Positions 40,283 to 49,545 of a DNA stretch of 64,000 nt are shown here, in pieces. The notes beneath the pieces are model-generated. The model made no database searches. It was not told where the DNA came from and saw nothing but the letters and a program-made list of their open reading frames with translations. A program made the translations under genes and the position numbers. The first letter of the stretch is position 1, and the number at the start of each line of letters is the position of its first letter. The stretch comes from Alphaproteobacteria bacterium (GTDB taxonomy: Bacteria; Pseudomonadota; Alphaproteobacteria; CACIAM-22H2): positions 24,676-88,675 of the forward strand of contig DASVCL010000066.1 in the NCBI GenBank assembly GCA_036381615.1, in the 5' to 3' direction.

Positions 40283-40426
40283 GGGTGAAACACGCGTGGT
40301 GGATGGTAGAGAAGAAGCGCGCCTTTCATGCCCTCGGCCAAGCCGGCTGTCCACACCTCCGTCCGGCCGATGGCCACGCCATAGCCGATCTTCCACGCGG
40401 CGCGATTCGGGCCCATACTCGACCGC

Positions 40427-40996
40427 GTGAGACTTCGACCCGCGACATGGCTGTTCCGGCTCGCGCTGACCTTGGGCCTGCTGGTACCGGCGGCATCACT
40501 CCACGCCGACCAGAAGGATCCGCGGCTGGACAATCTGTTCGCGCAACTGAAGACGGCGGACAGCGCCGACGAGGCACAGACGATCGAGGCGTTCATCTGG
40601 CAGATCTGGACCGAGGCCGGCGACGCGGCGACGGACACGCTGATGGAACTTGGCCTCATGGCGCTGCAGAGCGGCAATCTGCCCGGGGCGCTGCAGCTCT
40701 TCGATGCGGTGACGACGCAGGACCCGGACTATGCCGAGGGCTGGAATAAGCGGGCGACGGTGCTGTTCATGATGGGGGCGTACGAGAAATCGGCCCAGGA
40801 CGTTGCACGCGTGCTGGAGCTGGAACCTCGCCACTTTGGGGCGCTGTCGGGTCTGGGCATGATCAACCTGCAGCGCGGGAACGAGGCGGAGGCTCTCGAG
40901 GCTTTCGAGCGCGCGCTGTCGGTCAATCCGCACATGCCGGCAGTGAAGGCGAACGTCGAGGCCCTCAGGCGACGGACGCGGCAGGGGGCCATCTGA
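40427..40996 (+). CDS. secreted tetratricopeptide-repeat protein
   Basis: Signal peptide; TPR-like units (DPDYAEGWNKRATVLFMMGAYEKSAQDVARVLELEP, RHFGALSGLGMINLQRGNEAEALEAFERALSVNP). Confidence 0.75.
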   Translation: MRLRPATWLFRLALTLGLLVPAASLHADQKDPRLDNLFAQLKTADSADEAQTIEAFIWQIWTEAGDAATDTLMELGLMALQSGNLPGALQLFDAVTTQDPDYAEGWNKRATVLFMMGAYEKSAQDVARVLELEPRHFGALSGLGMINLQRGNEAEALEAFERALSVNPHMPAVKANVEALRRRTRQGAI

Positions 40997-41084
40997 GGCG
41001 AGCGACGCCGCTGTTCACCCGGAGTTGACTTGCCTCGCGCGGCCGGACGCCGAACAATCGCCGCAAATTCGGGAGAACGACGAT

Positions 41085-42092
41085 ATGTGGATCAAGCGCA
41101 AGAAGGGCTGGGAAATGCCGGAGGCGGCGGCAACGCCCGAATCCGTTTTCCTCAACCGGCGCCGTTTCCTGGTGGGCGGGGCGGCCGGTGCTGCCGCGAT
41201 CGGGGCCGGCGTAGGGCTATGGACCCTTGGCAGCGGCCGTCAGGGCCAGGCGGCGGGACCGCAGCTCGCGGCGGCCGGCGATGCCGACCCGTCGGCCCAG
41301 CTCTATCCGGCGATGCGCAACCTGCGCTATCGCCTCGACCGCGAGATCACGGTCGAGAAACTGGCGACGACCTACAACAATTTCTACGAATTCGGATCGT
41401 CCAAGAGCATCTGGCAGGCGGCGCAGAAACTGCCGCTGCGACCGTGGGAGATCCGCATCGACGGCATGGTTGCGAAAGAACGCACCGTCGGGATCGACGA
41501 CCTGCTGAAGGCAATGCAGCTCGAAGAGCGGCTCTATCGTCATCGTTGCGTCGAGGCCTGGTCGATGGCCGTGCCGTGGACCGGTTTTGCCATGAAGGAC
41601 TTCATCGCGTGGGCGGAGCCGCTGTCGTCGGCCAAGTATGTCCGCATGGAAACGTTCATGAGGCCCGAGGTTGCGTCGGGTCAGCGGGCAAGCTGGTATC
41701 CATGGCCCTATGTCGAGGGCCTGACCATCGAGGAGGCGACGAACGAGCTCACGCTCCTTGCCACCGGCATCTACGGCAAGCCGCTGCCCAAGCAGATGGG
41801 CGCGCCGCTTCGCCTCGTCGTGCCGTGGAAATACGGGTTCAAGTCGATCAAGTCGATCGTGCGGTTCACCTTCACCGACGAGCGGCCGAAGGGCTTCTGG
41901 GAAGAGATCCAGGCGCACGAATACGGGTTCTGGGCGAACGTGAACCCGAAGGTGCCGCATCCGCGCTGGAGCCAGGCGACCGAGGAGGTGTTGGGCACCG
42001 ATGAGCGCGTGCCGACCCAGCTCTACAACGGCTACGGCGAGTTCGTCGCCCACCTCTACGCCGACAAGCAGGGCGAGCGGCTGTTCATGTAA
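41085..42092 (+). CDS. msrP: protein-methionine-sulfoxide reductase catalytic subunit MsrP (YedY)
   Basis: Tat signal NRRRFLVGGAAGAAAIG; NNFYEFG, RHRCVEAWSM and VPWKYGFKSIKSIV conserved blocks. Confidence 0.9.
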   Translation: MWIKRKKGWEMPEAAATPESVFLNRRRFLVGGAAGAAAIGAGVGLWTLGSGRQGQAAGPQLAAAGDADPSAQLYPAMRNLRYRLDREITVEKLATTYNNFYEFGSSKSIWQAAQKLPLRPWEIRIDGMVAKERTVGIDDLLKAMQLEERLYRHRCVEAWSMAVPWTGFAMKDFIAWAEPLSSAKYVRMETFMRPEVASGQRASWYPWPYVEGLTIEEATNELTLLATGIYGKPLPKQMGAPLRLVVPWKYGFKSIKSIVRFTFTDERPKGFWEEIQAHEYGFWANVNPKVPHPRWSQATEEVLGTDERVPTQLYNGYGEFVAHLYADKQGERLFM

Positions 42093-42144
42093 AAGGCACG
42101 CGCGGGAGCAGGGTCGAGGCCGAACGCTTCGACCCCGCGGCGAC

Positions 42145-42178
42145 GGCGGCACGTGGCAAACGTGCCGCCATAATTTTT
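42145..42178 (+). terminator. rho-independent terminator of msrP
   Basis: Perfect 10-bp stem GGCGGCACGT/ACGTGCCGCC, loop GGCAA, then ATAATTTTT; 53 nt after the msrP stop. Confidence 0.8.
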
Positions 42179-42634
42179 CCGCAAGTCGAAGCTAGACGGT
42201 AAGCAAGTCTTAACCACGACGATGTGAACCTCCGGTCGCAGGTCGTCGCAACCGCTCAACCCGTCGCCGCCTTCCGATGTCGCCCAAACCCGTTTCGGCC
42301 ACACACGACCCCGCATCTTCGGCCGCACCGGCCTCGACCGGCCAGGGCCCCATTGCCCGCCTGTTCCGGCCGGGCGTAATGCCGGCCCCCGCCGCGCAGC
42401 GCGGCAGCACCGGTACCGCGCACCCGACCGGCGCACCCGGCACGATCCCCGCACCCGCCGCGCGCCGCTGAACGGCGGAGTGCCCGGCGCCGTCGACGGC
42501 GATGTCGGTGCAGGGCGCGATCGGGCCGCTTCGGTTTTCCGGTCCGGCGCGGGCCGATGACCGGTTTTGACCTTCCCAGAGGCGCGAAGCCGCGCGATCC
42601 GCCGTTCCTCGGCAACCCTTATCGAGAGCGGCCG

Positions 42635-42967
42635 TCACACGGTCGCCATACTCATCTGCCGGCAGCTTTCGGCGCAGCGCCGGCACACCTCGGCACAGCG
42701 GCGCATCTGCTCGTCGTCCGCCAGCCGGTCACAGTCCTCGGCGCAGCGCAGACACGTTTCGGCGCATACGGCGCAGGTGCGTACGTGCAGGTCGGAGCGG
42801 CGCATCATGAACGTCGCCGCGGTTTCGCAGATGTCGGCGCAGTCCTGGAGCAGGCGGATATGGTTCGCCTCGGCATGCCGACCGCCCTTCTGCAGGCAGT
42901 GCGCGATCGTCTCCGTGCAGATGCGGAAGCAATCCAGGCAATCCTCGATGCAGCGTTGGATGTCCAT
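42635..42967 (-). CDS. Cys-rich four-helix-bundle copper-binding protein (DUF326)
   Basis: 17 Cys in 110 aa in repeated CxxxC/CxxC helices (CIEDCLDCFRICTETIAHC, CAVCAETCLRCAEDC, CAEVCRRCAESC); GGAGAT SD. Confidence 0.8.
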   Translation of the reverse strand: MDIQRCIEDCLDCFRICTETIAHCLQKGGRHAEANHIRLLQDCADICETAATFMMRRSDLHVRTCAVCAETCLRCAEDCDRLADDEQMRRCAEVCRRCAESCRQMSMATV

Positions 42968-43403
42968 CGTGATCTCCGATTCAGCGTGGCGTGAACGCGC
43001 ATGAAGGACGCACGGAACGGAAGCCGGCGCATTCGTGCATCCATCCCGACGCGATCATGACGCCCCTCCGGTCGCGGTCGTCGCGTGCAACTCGTAAGCC
43101 CGGCCGTACCGGCGACACGTTCTTGTTCCTGGCACCGCCAGGCCGGTGATCATCGTGTGGCCTGTGGCGTTGCCAACCCGCCAGACCGAAGACCGACGAG
43201 GCATCGATCCGGCCATGTGTTCGCCAGACGATCCGGTCCGCCGAAGTGTTCCCGCGAACAATCGGCCGGCGACTGCCGTGCGATTGACCGAAACGGGCGC
43301 AACCGGGGCGCCGACGCGGCACATGAAGCGGCACCCCGCCACCCGGATCCAGCGGACAAGTCCTGTCGGTACGGTCTAGATTGGGCCAAGTCTCACGGAT
43401 CGG

Positions 43404-44534
43404 ATGGGCATGGACACGTTCACGCAGATCGTCCTTGGCGCCGCTGTCGGGCAGGCGACCGCGCGCAAAACGCTCGGCCGCAGCGCGCTCGCCATTGGCG
43501 CGGCCGGCGGGCTGATTCCGGATCTCGACGTCCTCGTGGCCGGGCCGCTGGGCTCGCTCGCGGAGTGGCAGTACCACCGCGGCGTCACGCACTCCCTGTT
43601 CTTCGGTCCGGTGGTCGGACCGATCCTGGGTTATGCGATGTGGCGCATCTATCGACGCTGGTGGCCGCAGAGCCGATGCGCCGCGCCGACGGCGCTCGGC
43701 CCCATCATCGCCGTGCTGGTCCTGGCGCTGGTGACGCACCCGTTGCTCGATCTGTTCACCATCTACGGCACGCAGCTTCTGGCGCCGTTCTCGAATGCGC
43801 GCTTCGCGATCCCGGCGGTGCCGATCATCGATCCCGTCTATACCCTTGTCCTGCTCGCGGGCGTCGCGATCGGGCTGCTGCCGCGCACGGGTATGCGCGC
43901 GCACGCCGCGGCGGCGGCCGTGCTGACGCTGTCGTCCGCATATCTGTTCTATGGCTGGGCACAGAACCAGGCGGCCGAGGCCGAAGCGCGGCGCCAGCTT
44001 GCTGCGCGCGGCGTGACGGTCGGCGCGGTCCGTGCCTACACGACGATCTTCCAGCCCTGGCTCCGCCGTGTCGTCGCCCAGGACGGCGACGGCGTGCGGA
44101 TCGGATTCGTTTCGACCTGGGCGCCGGCGGAGATCGCGTGGACATGCCTGCGCCGGCCGCACGATCCGGCCGTTGCGGTCGCGATGGCGACGCCTGCGGC
44201 GAAGGTGCTGGCATGGTTCGCCGACGGCCAGATCTGGCCGCAGCTCCGCCGTGACGACCCGGGGCGAACGGTGGTGCGCTTGACCGACCTGCGCTATGGC
44301 GCGCCCGGCGCGACGCTTGCCGGCTGGTGGGGCGTGGATGTCGTCATCGGGCCGGACGATCAGCCGATCGATGCAGCACGCGTCTCCATCCCGCGCGCCA
44401 TCTCGGGCAACGCGGTCGCCGCCGTGTTCCGCGCCGCGTTCGGCGACGTGGCCGCGCTGTACGAGGCGACCGGCGCCGCACCGCCGACGCTGGCCGCGGG
44501 GCCCGCACCGGGGGCGTGCGCGGCCGTTTCGTAG
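43404..44534 (+). CDS. membrane-bound metal-dependent hydrolase (YdjM/DUF457-like) with C-terminal extension
   Basis: MDTFTQIVLGAAVG...GGLIPDLDVLV...HRGVTHSLFF motifs. Confidence 0.7.
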   Translation: MGMDTFTQIVLGAAVGQATARKTLGRSALAIGAAGGLIPDLDVLVAGPLGSLAEWQYHRGVTHSLFFGPVVGPILGYAMWRIYRRWWPQSRCAAPTALGPIIAVLVLALVTHPLLDLFTIYGTQLLAPFSNARFAIPAVPIIDPVYTLVLLAGVAIGLLPRTGMRAHAAAAAVLTLSSAYLFYGWAQNQAAEAEARRQLAARGVTVGAVRAYTTIFQPWLRRVVAQDGDGVRIGFVSTWAPAEIAWTCLRRPHDPAVAVAMATPAAKVLAWFADGQIWPQLRRDDPGRTVVRLTDLRYGAPGATLAGWWGVDVVIGPDDQPIDAARVSIPRAISGNAVAAVFRAAFGDVAALYEATGAAPPTLAAGPAPGACAAVS

Positions 44535-44769
44535 AGCGCCGGGCGCCAGCGCGCGACCACCGGGCGAACCCGTCGACGCGCGTAAACGGGTGTTGCGCGC
44601 CAATCGCAAATATCGCAAGGACCACGCGGCGCTTCTCGCCTTGCGTGTTCGTGCATGGCGGGCCAGCGGCCGGTCCGCATCACGGTGGCGGCATTGCCTG
44701 GAACGACCAACCTTCCTCCACGTTGGCGTCTCACCGTTCTTCGCAACGATGCCAAACAGGAGGTGCCCC

Positions 44770-46038
44770 GTGGCTTTCAATCCGCTCCAGGAACGCGGCA
44801 TTCCGATGGACCAGCAGCTTCGCAACTGGTCCGAGCTCAACGTCGATCCCTATGACAAGGACGGCGTCGATCCCTATACGCGCTGTCGCGTCATCGCCAT
44901 GAACGGCATCGAGGTGGAGGCCATCCTCTTCTCGCACCAGTTCGCGCGCAACACCGCCGATGCGGCGCTCAAGCAGCAACTGGCGATGACTCGCCGCATC
45001 GAGCAGCAGCAGCAGAAGGCGATCAACTGGCTCATCCCCGGGCAGGAGACGACGCTCGAGGTCACGATCGGCTACGAGCAGGTCGCCGTCGATCTCACGG
45101 CCTGGGTCGCGCAGGCGGAGCCCAACCCCTATGCCAGGCAGGCCTACGAGTTCGGCCTGCTCGAGGACTTCGATCATCTCTACCGCTACGCCAATCTGCT
45201 CGACATGATGGACGGCAAGAAAGCGGCCGAGGTCGTCGGGCAGCTGACGGAGATCATGCCGGGCCGCCCGACACGGCTCGAGCACCGGCATCCGTTCGAC
45301 GAAATCCGGCGGCATCTCATTGCCGAGAACGCCGACCCGCTGTCGTCGCTGCACGCGCTGACCATCGTGGCCGCCGAGCAGCAGACGATGAACTTCTACA
45401 TGACCATCGGCAATCGGCCGCAGGAGAAGATCGCGCGCGGCCTCTACCTGGAGATCGCGCAGATCGAGGAGCAGCACGTGACTCATTACGAGTCGCTGCT
45501 GGATCCGTCGCTGTCCTGGGCCGCAAAGCTCGTCCAGCACGAATACAACGAATGCTACATGTACTACTCGTTCATGCAGCAGGAGAGCGACCCGCGCATC
45601 AGGCGGATCTGGGAACTGCATCTCGGCATGGAGATCGAGCACCTGCGGCTCGCCTGCGATCTGATGAAACAAATCGACAGGACCGATCCCGAGGCGATGC
45701 TGCCGCGTTCGCTTCCTGAGCCGGTCAAGTTCCAGTCCAACAAGGAATTCGTACGGCGCGTGCTGAAGGATCAGGTCGACCTGACGGCCGATCAGAGCGA
45801 GTTCGTGCCGGTGACACAACTGCCGAAAGATCACCGGTATTTCTGGTACCAGCGTCAGGTGAACGCCGACGGCCTGATCCCATCGGAGCAGATCATCGAC
45901 GCACATCGCCGAGCGAAGGGTGACCGCGAATACCGTCTCGAGACCGATGGGACGCATCCGGTGCCCGGCCTGCGCGAACGGGATCGCGGCGAAGGGCTCG
46001 AGTATGACCGCATGATGAGCGAGGCCGCGGTGGATTGA
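44770..46038 (+). CDS. ferritin-like/diiron-motif protein of unknown function
   Basis: AGGAGG SD then GTG 44770; ExxH motifs IEEQH and MEIEH plus EDFDH; the long upstream part of the track ORF is R/P-rich and not credible. Confidence 0.7.
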   Translation: MAFNPLQERGIPMDQQLRNWSELNVDPYDKDGVDPYTRCRVIAMNGIEVEAILFSHQFARNTADAALKQQLAMTRRIEQQQQKAINWLIPGQETTLEVTIGYEQVAVDLTAWVAQAEPNPYARQAYEFGLLEDFDHLYRYANLLDMMDGKKAAEVVGQLTEIMPGRPTRLEHRHPFDEIRRHLIAENADPLSSLHALTIVAAEQQTMNFYMTIGNRPQEKIARGLYLEIAQIEEQHVTHYESLLDPSLSWAAKLVQHEYNECYMYYSFMQQESDPRIRRIWELHLGMEIEHLRLACDLMKQIDRTDPEAMLPRSLPEPVKFQSNKEFVRRVLKDQVDLTADQSEFVPVTQLPKDHRYFWYQRQVNADGLIPSEQIIDAHRRAKGDREYRLETDGTHPVPGLRERDRGEGLEYDRMMSEAAVD

Positions 46039-46187
46039 CGGGCAAGGCGTCCGGGCCGACACCTAAACCTAAAGCGTGAACGCCGGATCGGCGGACCGAT
46101 CCGGCGTTCATTTTCATCCAGTACCCTGCCTGGCATTGCCGGTCCCGCCCGGAGGCGAGGCGGACATGGCCACGACCGGCTTAAAGA

Positions 46188-47258
46188 TCAGGCGGCGGCC
46201 TTCCGGTTCATCGCAAGCCGGGCGTCGACAAGGGCGACGGTCTCATCGACGACGTCGTTCCGCATGCCTTTCTGTGCCGCGATGCTCTGCACCAGCCGGT
46301 CCACCCGTTCGATATTGGGCGCGCCGGCGAACAGGGCACGTGCGGCCGAGGACGGCCGCGTGAGGCCTTGCGCCGCGGCGGCGTATTTCTCAAACGGCAC
46401 CAGATCGTCGGGCGACGCGCCCAACGCGATGCACAGATCGCGGACCCAATTATAGACGGACCGCGATGCCTCGGCGTCCGAATGCACGGCGTCCTTAATG
46501 GAGCGCGCGGCATCCTTCTGAACGCAGCGATAATTGCCCGTGATCAGCATGGCCCACTTCGCCAGCGGCACGAAGACGGAATCGTGCACCTTGAGCTTGA
46601 CGGGCAACTCGATCGCGCCGTCGCCGGGGTCAAACCGGGCCGCCTCGATGTCCGCCTGCATCCGGCGCAGCATCGCCGTGTGGTCGTCGGAATCGAAACG
46701 GGCCGCCTTGAAGTTGGTCGGCAACGTGACCTGCAGCACGTTGGTCTTTTCCTCCGGCGGCCGGAACGCCTGCGGATCTGGGCTGCACAGCGTCATCAGC
46801 GCCGGATCGAAACTGTCCCACACGGACGCGTCGGTATAGCAATGCCGCAAGGCATCGGCGTCGAGGCCGGGAATGCGCCTCAGGTACGGCAGCGGCGGCA
46901 TGTTCATGATCGACATGCAGGGCACCTTCGCCTTCGCAACGGCGTCCAAGAGCTCGCGCACCCCTGGGGCGCGGTACTGGGGCTCCTGCATGGCCAGGGC
47001 GACGAGATCGTAGTCCGCCGGATTGACGGCGCCGGGGACATCGGCCGACAGGGTGCCCGGCAGCTTTCGCGAGTCGATCTCGACGAGTTCGCGCCGGCCC
47101 TTGACCGGCAGGCGCACGCGGGCGCCTTCCGCGTTGATCAACGCCGCCTCTTCAGGAAGACACACCAGCTTCACGTTGTGGCCCGCGAGCAGCAGCTTGA
47201 TCGCCAGGAGCGAGCCGTAGGAAGCGCCCATGATTAACGTGTCGTACTTGGTCTGCAC
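46188..47258 (-). CDS. Rossmann-fold NAD(P)-binding protein (ketopantoate-reductase-like N-terminus)
   Basis: YDTLIMGASYGSLLAIKLLLAGHNVKLV dinucleotide-binding opening; function not assignable. Confidence 0.6.
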   Translation of the reverse strand: MQTKYDTLIMGASYGSLLAIKLLLAGHNVKLVCLPEEAALINAEGARVRLPVKGRRELVEIDSRKLPGTLSADVPGAVNPADYDLVALAMQEPQYRAPGVRELLDAVAKAKVPCMSIMNMPPLPYLRRIPGLDADALRHCYTDASVWDSFDPALMTLCSPDPQAFRPPEEKTNVLQVTLPTNFKAARFDSDDHTAMLRRMQADIEAARFDPGDGAIELPVKLKVHDSVFVPLAKWAMLITGNYRCVQKDAARSIKDAVHSDAEASRSVYNWVRDLCIALGASPDDLVPFEKYAAAAQGLTRPSSAARALFAGAPNIERVDRLVQSIAAQKGMRNDVVDETVALVDARLAMNRKAAA

Positions 47259-47556
47259 GTCAGCGGCTCCGCGTCTCGAGAGTGGAAGGATGGCGCGGCC
47301 GGCGAACCGAGATACGCTTTCGGGGCCGCGTTCTTACGGCGGCATGCTACTCAGCGCGTTGTGCCCAGGCAAGAAAACCCCATGCTGCGTTGCAGCAAGC
47401 CGGCGGCACCATGTGCGCGCGCTACGGACGGGCTCGACGCGCAAAGGTACCTTTGCCGGCGCGTTCCTTCGCCCGATCGCCATGTACAAGTCGTTTTCGT
47501 TTTCGGTGATGATGACGCATCGGCACCGCGCTATCGGCGAGGGCGCCGCCCGGCAT

Positions 47557-47913
47557 TCAGGCTGCTGCGATCGCCTCGATCTCCAACAGCCATGCGGAAT
47601 CGAATATGCCCGTGATGATGACGGTCAATGCTGGCGCACGGTCTCCCAAAATCCCTTTGCGCACGGCTCGATTCTCATCGCTGAACCAGCGATCGGAAAG
47701 GAAAGTCGTGACTTTCATCAGATTGTCGAGGGACATATCGGCGGCTCGAAGCGGTACCTCCATGTTTCTCCAAACGAGCCGGGCCTGATCAGAAAACGCC
47801 TTCGGAATCTTGCATTGGACATCAACGGGAATTTGCCCGCTGATGTAGAGCGTGCGACTTGCGTTTCTGATCTCGACCGCCTGCGTGTATCCCGCCTTGG
47901 GTAGCGGGCGCAT
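47557..47913 (-). CDS. RidA/YjgF-family protein (N-terminus probably disrupted, see findings)
   Basis: GYTQAVEIRNASRTLYISGQIPVD and C-terminal LLEIEAIAA typical of RidA; an SD-equipped ATG at 47944 is in another frame. Confidence 0.75.
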   Translation of the reverse strand: MRPLPKAGYTQAVEIRNASRTLYISGQIPVDVQCKIPKAFSDQARLVWRNMEVPLRAADMSLDNLMKVTTFLSDRWFSDENRAVRKGILGDRAPALTVIITGIFDSAWLLEIEAIAAA

Positions 47914-48292
47914 CGGCAGCGTTGATGCTTCGTTTCTCGACCATTGCAAGCTTCCTCCCGTTGAGGCGTTCGCACCGCACGAACAGGGATTTTCGCGACG
48001 GGTCCACCTGCTGGAGTCGGGTGGTGGGCATCGTAGCGAAAAGGGATTCGCTCCTCGCGGGAGAACGTAGAACCTCGCCATTTCCGAAAGTCAGCTCAAG
48101 ATCCCTTGTAGAACGCAGGATCCGGATCGGAAGCGGACGCATCTGCACCTGCTTTCCGAGGCGCCGTCGATGTCACCGCTTCAATCCAGAAAGTGCGGGG
48201 GATGGAAGCTTCGATTTCTTCCGTGGCGATCTTCATGATCTTGACGGCCGAGCCGATCACGTTGGCCGGTCGCTTCTCGCGTTCGAATCCTG

Positions 48293-48655
48293 TTAGGCAT
48301 CATCCGCCGTCAACACGGCCGGACCGGGTGCGCCAGCGTCTTTCAGATACCTGGCGAGCTTGTTGAATAGATTCGGGTAGTCACGCAACCTGGCGATCTC
48401 GTCGCGGTCATCGACACAACGGACAACGATGGGCGGCCGCTTATCGCCTCTATCCATCTCGGCGGGGGGAGGTAACCGCAAACGCGATTTCACGTGTACG
48501 GCAAGGATTGGACGAGGCGGTTCCAGCGGCGGATCGATGAAGGCCGCTTGCGGTACTACAGCAAAGAAAGGCCCCCTGGATGGACCCGCCGCATTCTCAA
48601 ATCCGGGCTCCGATTGCCCGGGCGGGGTCAATCCGAGGGGGCGGTTACGGCACAC
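48293..48655 (-). pseudogene. ambiguous ORF / likely gene remnant in the GC-depressed stretch
   Basis: Frame is open 168 codons with no ATG; the codon-aligned opposite frame (48476-48796) has higher GC3; no family recognised. Confidence 0.2.
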
Positions 48656-49128
48656 GAGGATGTATTGACGAAGGAGGACGTCGTCAAGGCAAGCGGCGGC
48701 GAACCGTTCCAGCCGGCGGCGGATGGCGGCGACATGGCCGAAAAGCGCGGCTCTTTTCGCCCGGGCGACGGTGTCAACGTGCCGGCAGTCGCGTAGAGCC
48801 TCGGCACAGCCTCTACGGAGTCAAGCCGGGCTCCTGCGATAGACGAAAGCGGTCGGCTAAGCAGCGCACGCGTTGTCAGGGCAAGGTCATATTCTCAGCG
48901 TCCTTGGTTGGACGCGTACCGAATTCCTACGACGCCTCAATCGCATTGCCGGCGCGAAGCACGGTAAAGGTAACAGCTGGAGCTGGTTTAAAGGAATTCT
49001 GTTGCCTGCTTGGCCGTCAGGCTCGCATGTTTTCAGCTCGGGGCTCCCGGCGGGTCCCCAAGTCCGACAGGCAGATCCGTGCGCCTCGACTCGGCCAGAT
49101 CGAAAACTGATCTAAGACGTCGGATCGG

Positions 49129-49159
49129 AAAAAAGCCGCCGGGCCGCGAGGGCCCGGCG
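49129..49159 (-). terminator. rho-independent terminator
   Basis: 9-bp perfect stem CGCCGGGCC/GGCCCGGCG, 5-nt loop, then GCTTTTTTCC on the minus strand. Confidence 0.8.
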
Positions 49160-49250
49160 AGTTGAACAGGGAGGCTTCACGTCTGGGAGACGTAGGGTCC
49201 GAAGACCCTGCAGTCGGGCTTTCGCCCGGCCGTGTCGCTGGAAGCGACAC
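49129..49250 (-). ncRNA. candidate trans-acting sRNA with anti-SD motifs (AbcR / alpha-r15-like); 5' end uncertain
   Basis: Five consecutive hairpins incl. GAAA and UUCG tetraloops only when read on the minus strand; CUCCCA loop and CCUCCC linker; ends in a perfect intrinsic terminator. Confidence 0.45.
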
Positions 49251-49545
49251 ATGATGCTGCGATGCAACATCAGCATGGACGAATTTAAGCGGATGCCCGG
49301 AAAATGGTATCGCAGATTTGGTAACGAAGGCATGCGACGCGCGCATGGCCATACTAGGGGGTGTATGCGGTTGTGACGGGGCCGTGATGCTGCACTGCCG
49401 TCGGGTTAGAATCGTTTAAAATCAAATCTCTCGCGCCATGCCCAGTGCACATGCAGCGCGACGGCGACGACAAGCCGCCGGCCGTCCGTCACCCATTGGT
49501 CACGGCAATGCCCCCACCACGCGTCTTCGGGCGGCCTCGCACCGC

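Noticed and set aside
42179-42634. Degenerate msrQ or a 64-aa ORF (42277-42471) downstream of msrP
   Set aside because: There is no hydrophobic segment in any frame. The 64-aa ORF is Pro/Ala/Gly low-complexity, lacks an SD, and lies beyond a strong terminator.
43055-43403. SOS (LexA) box upstream of the ydjM-like hydrolase
   Set aside because: Only GTTC-N2-GTTC and GTTC-N4-GAAC were found, not the alphaproteobacterial GTTC-N7-GTTC spacing.
48268-48292. tRNA T-loop-like string GCGTTCGAATCC, a possible tRNA or integration-site remnant
   Set aside because: The flanking bases cannot form a T stem (TCGCG versus CCTGT) or an acceptor stem, and there is no anticodon arm. It is a chance match.
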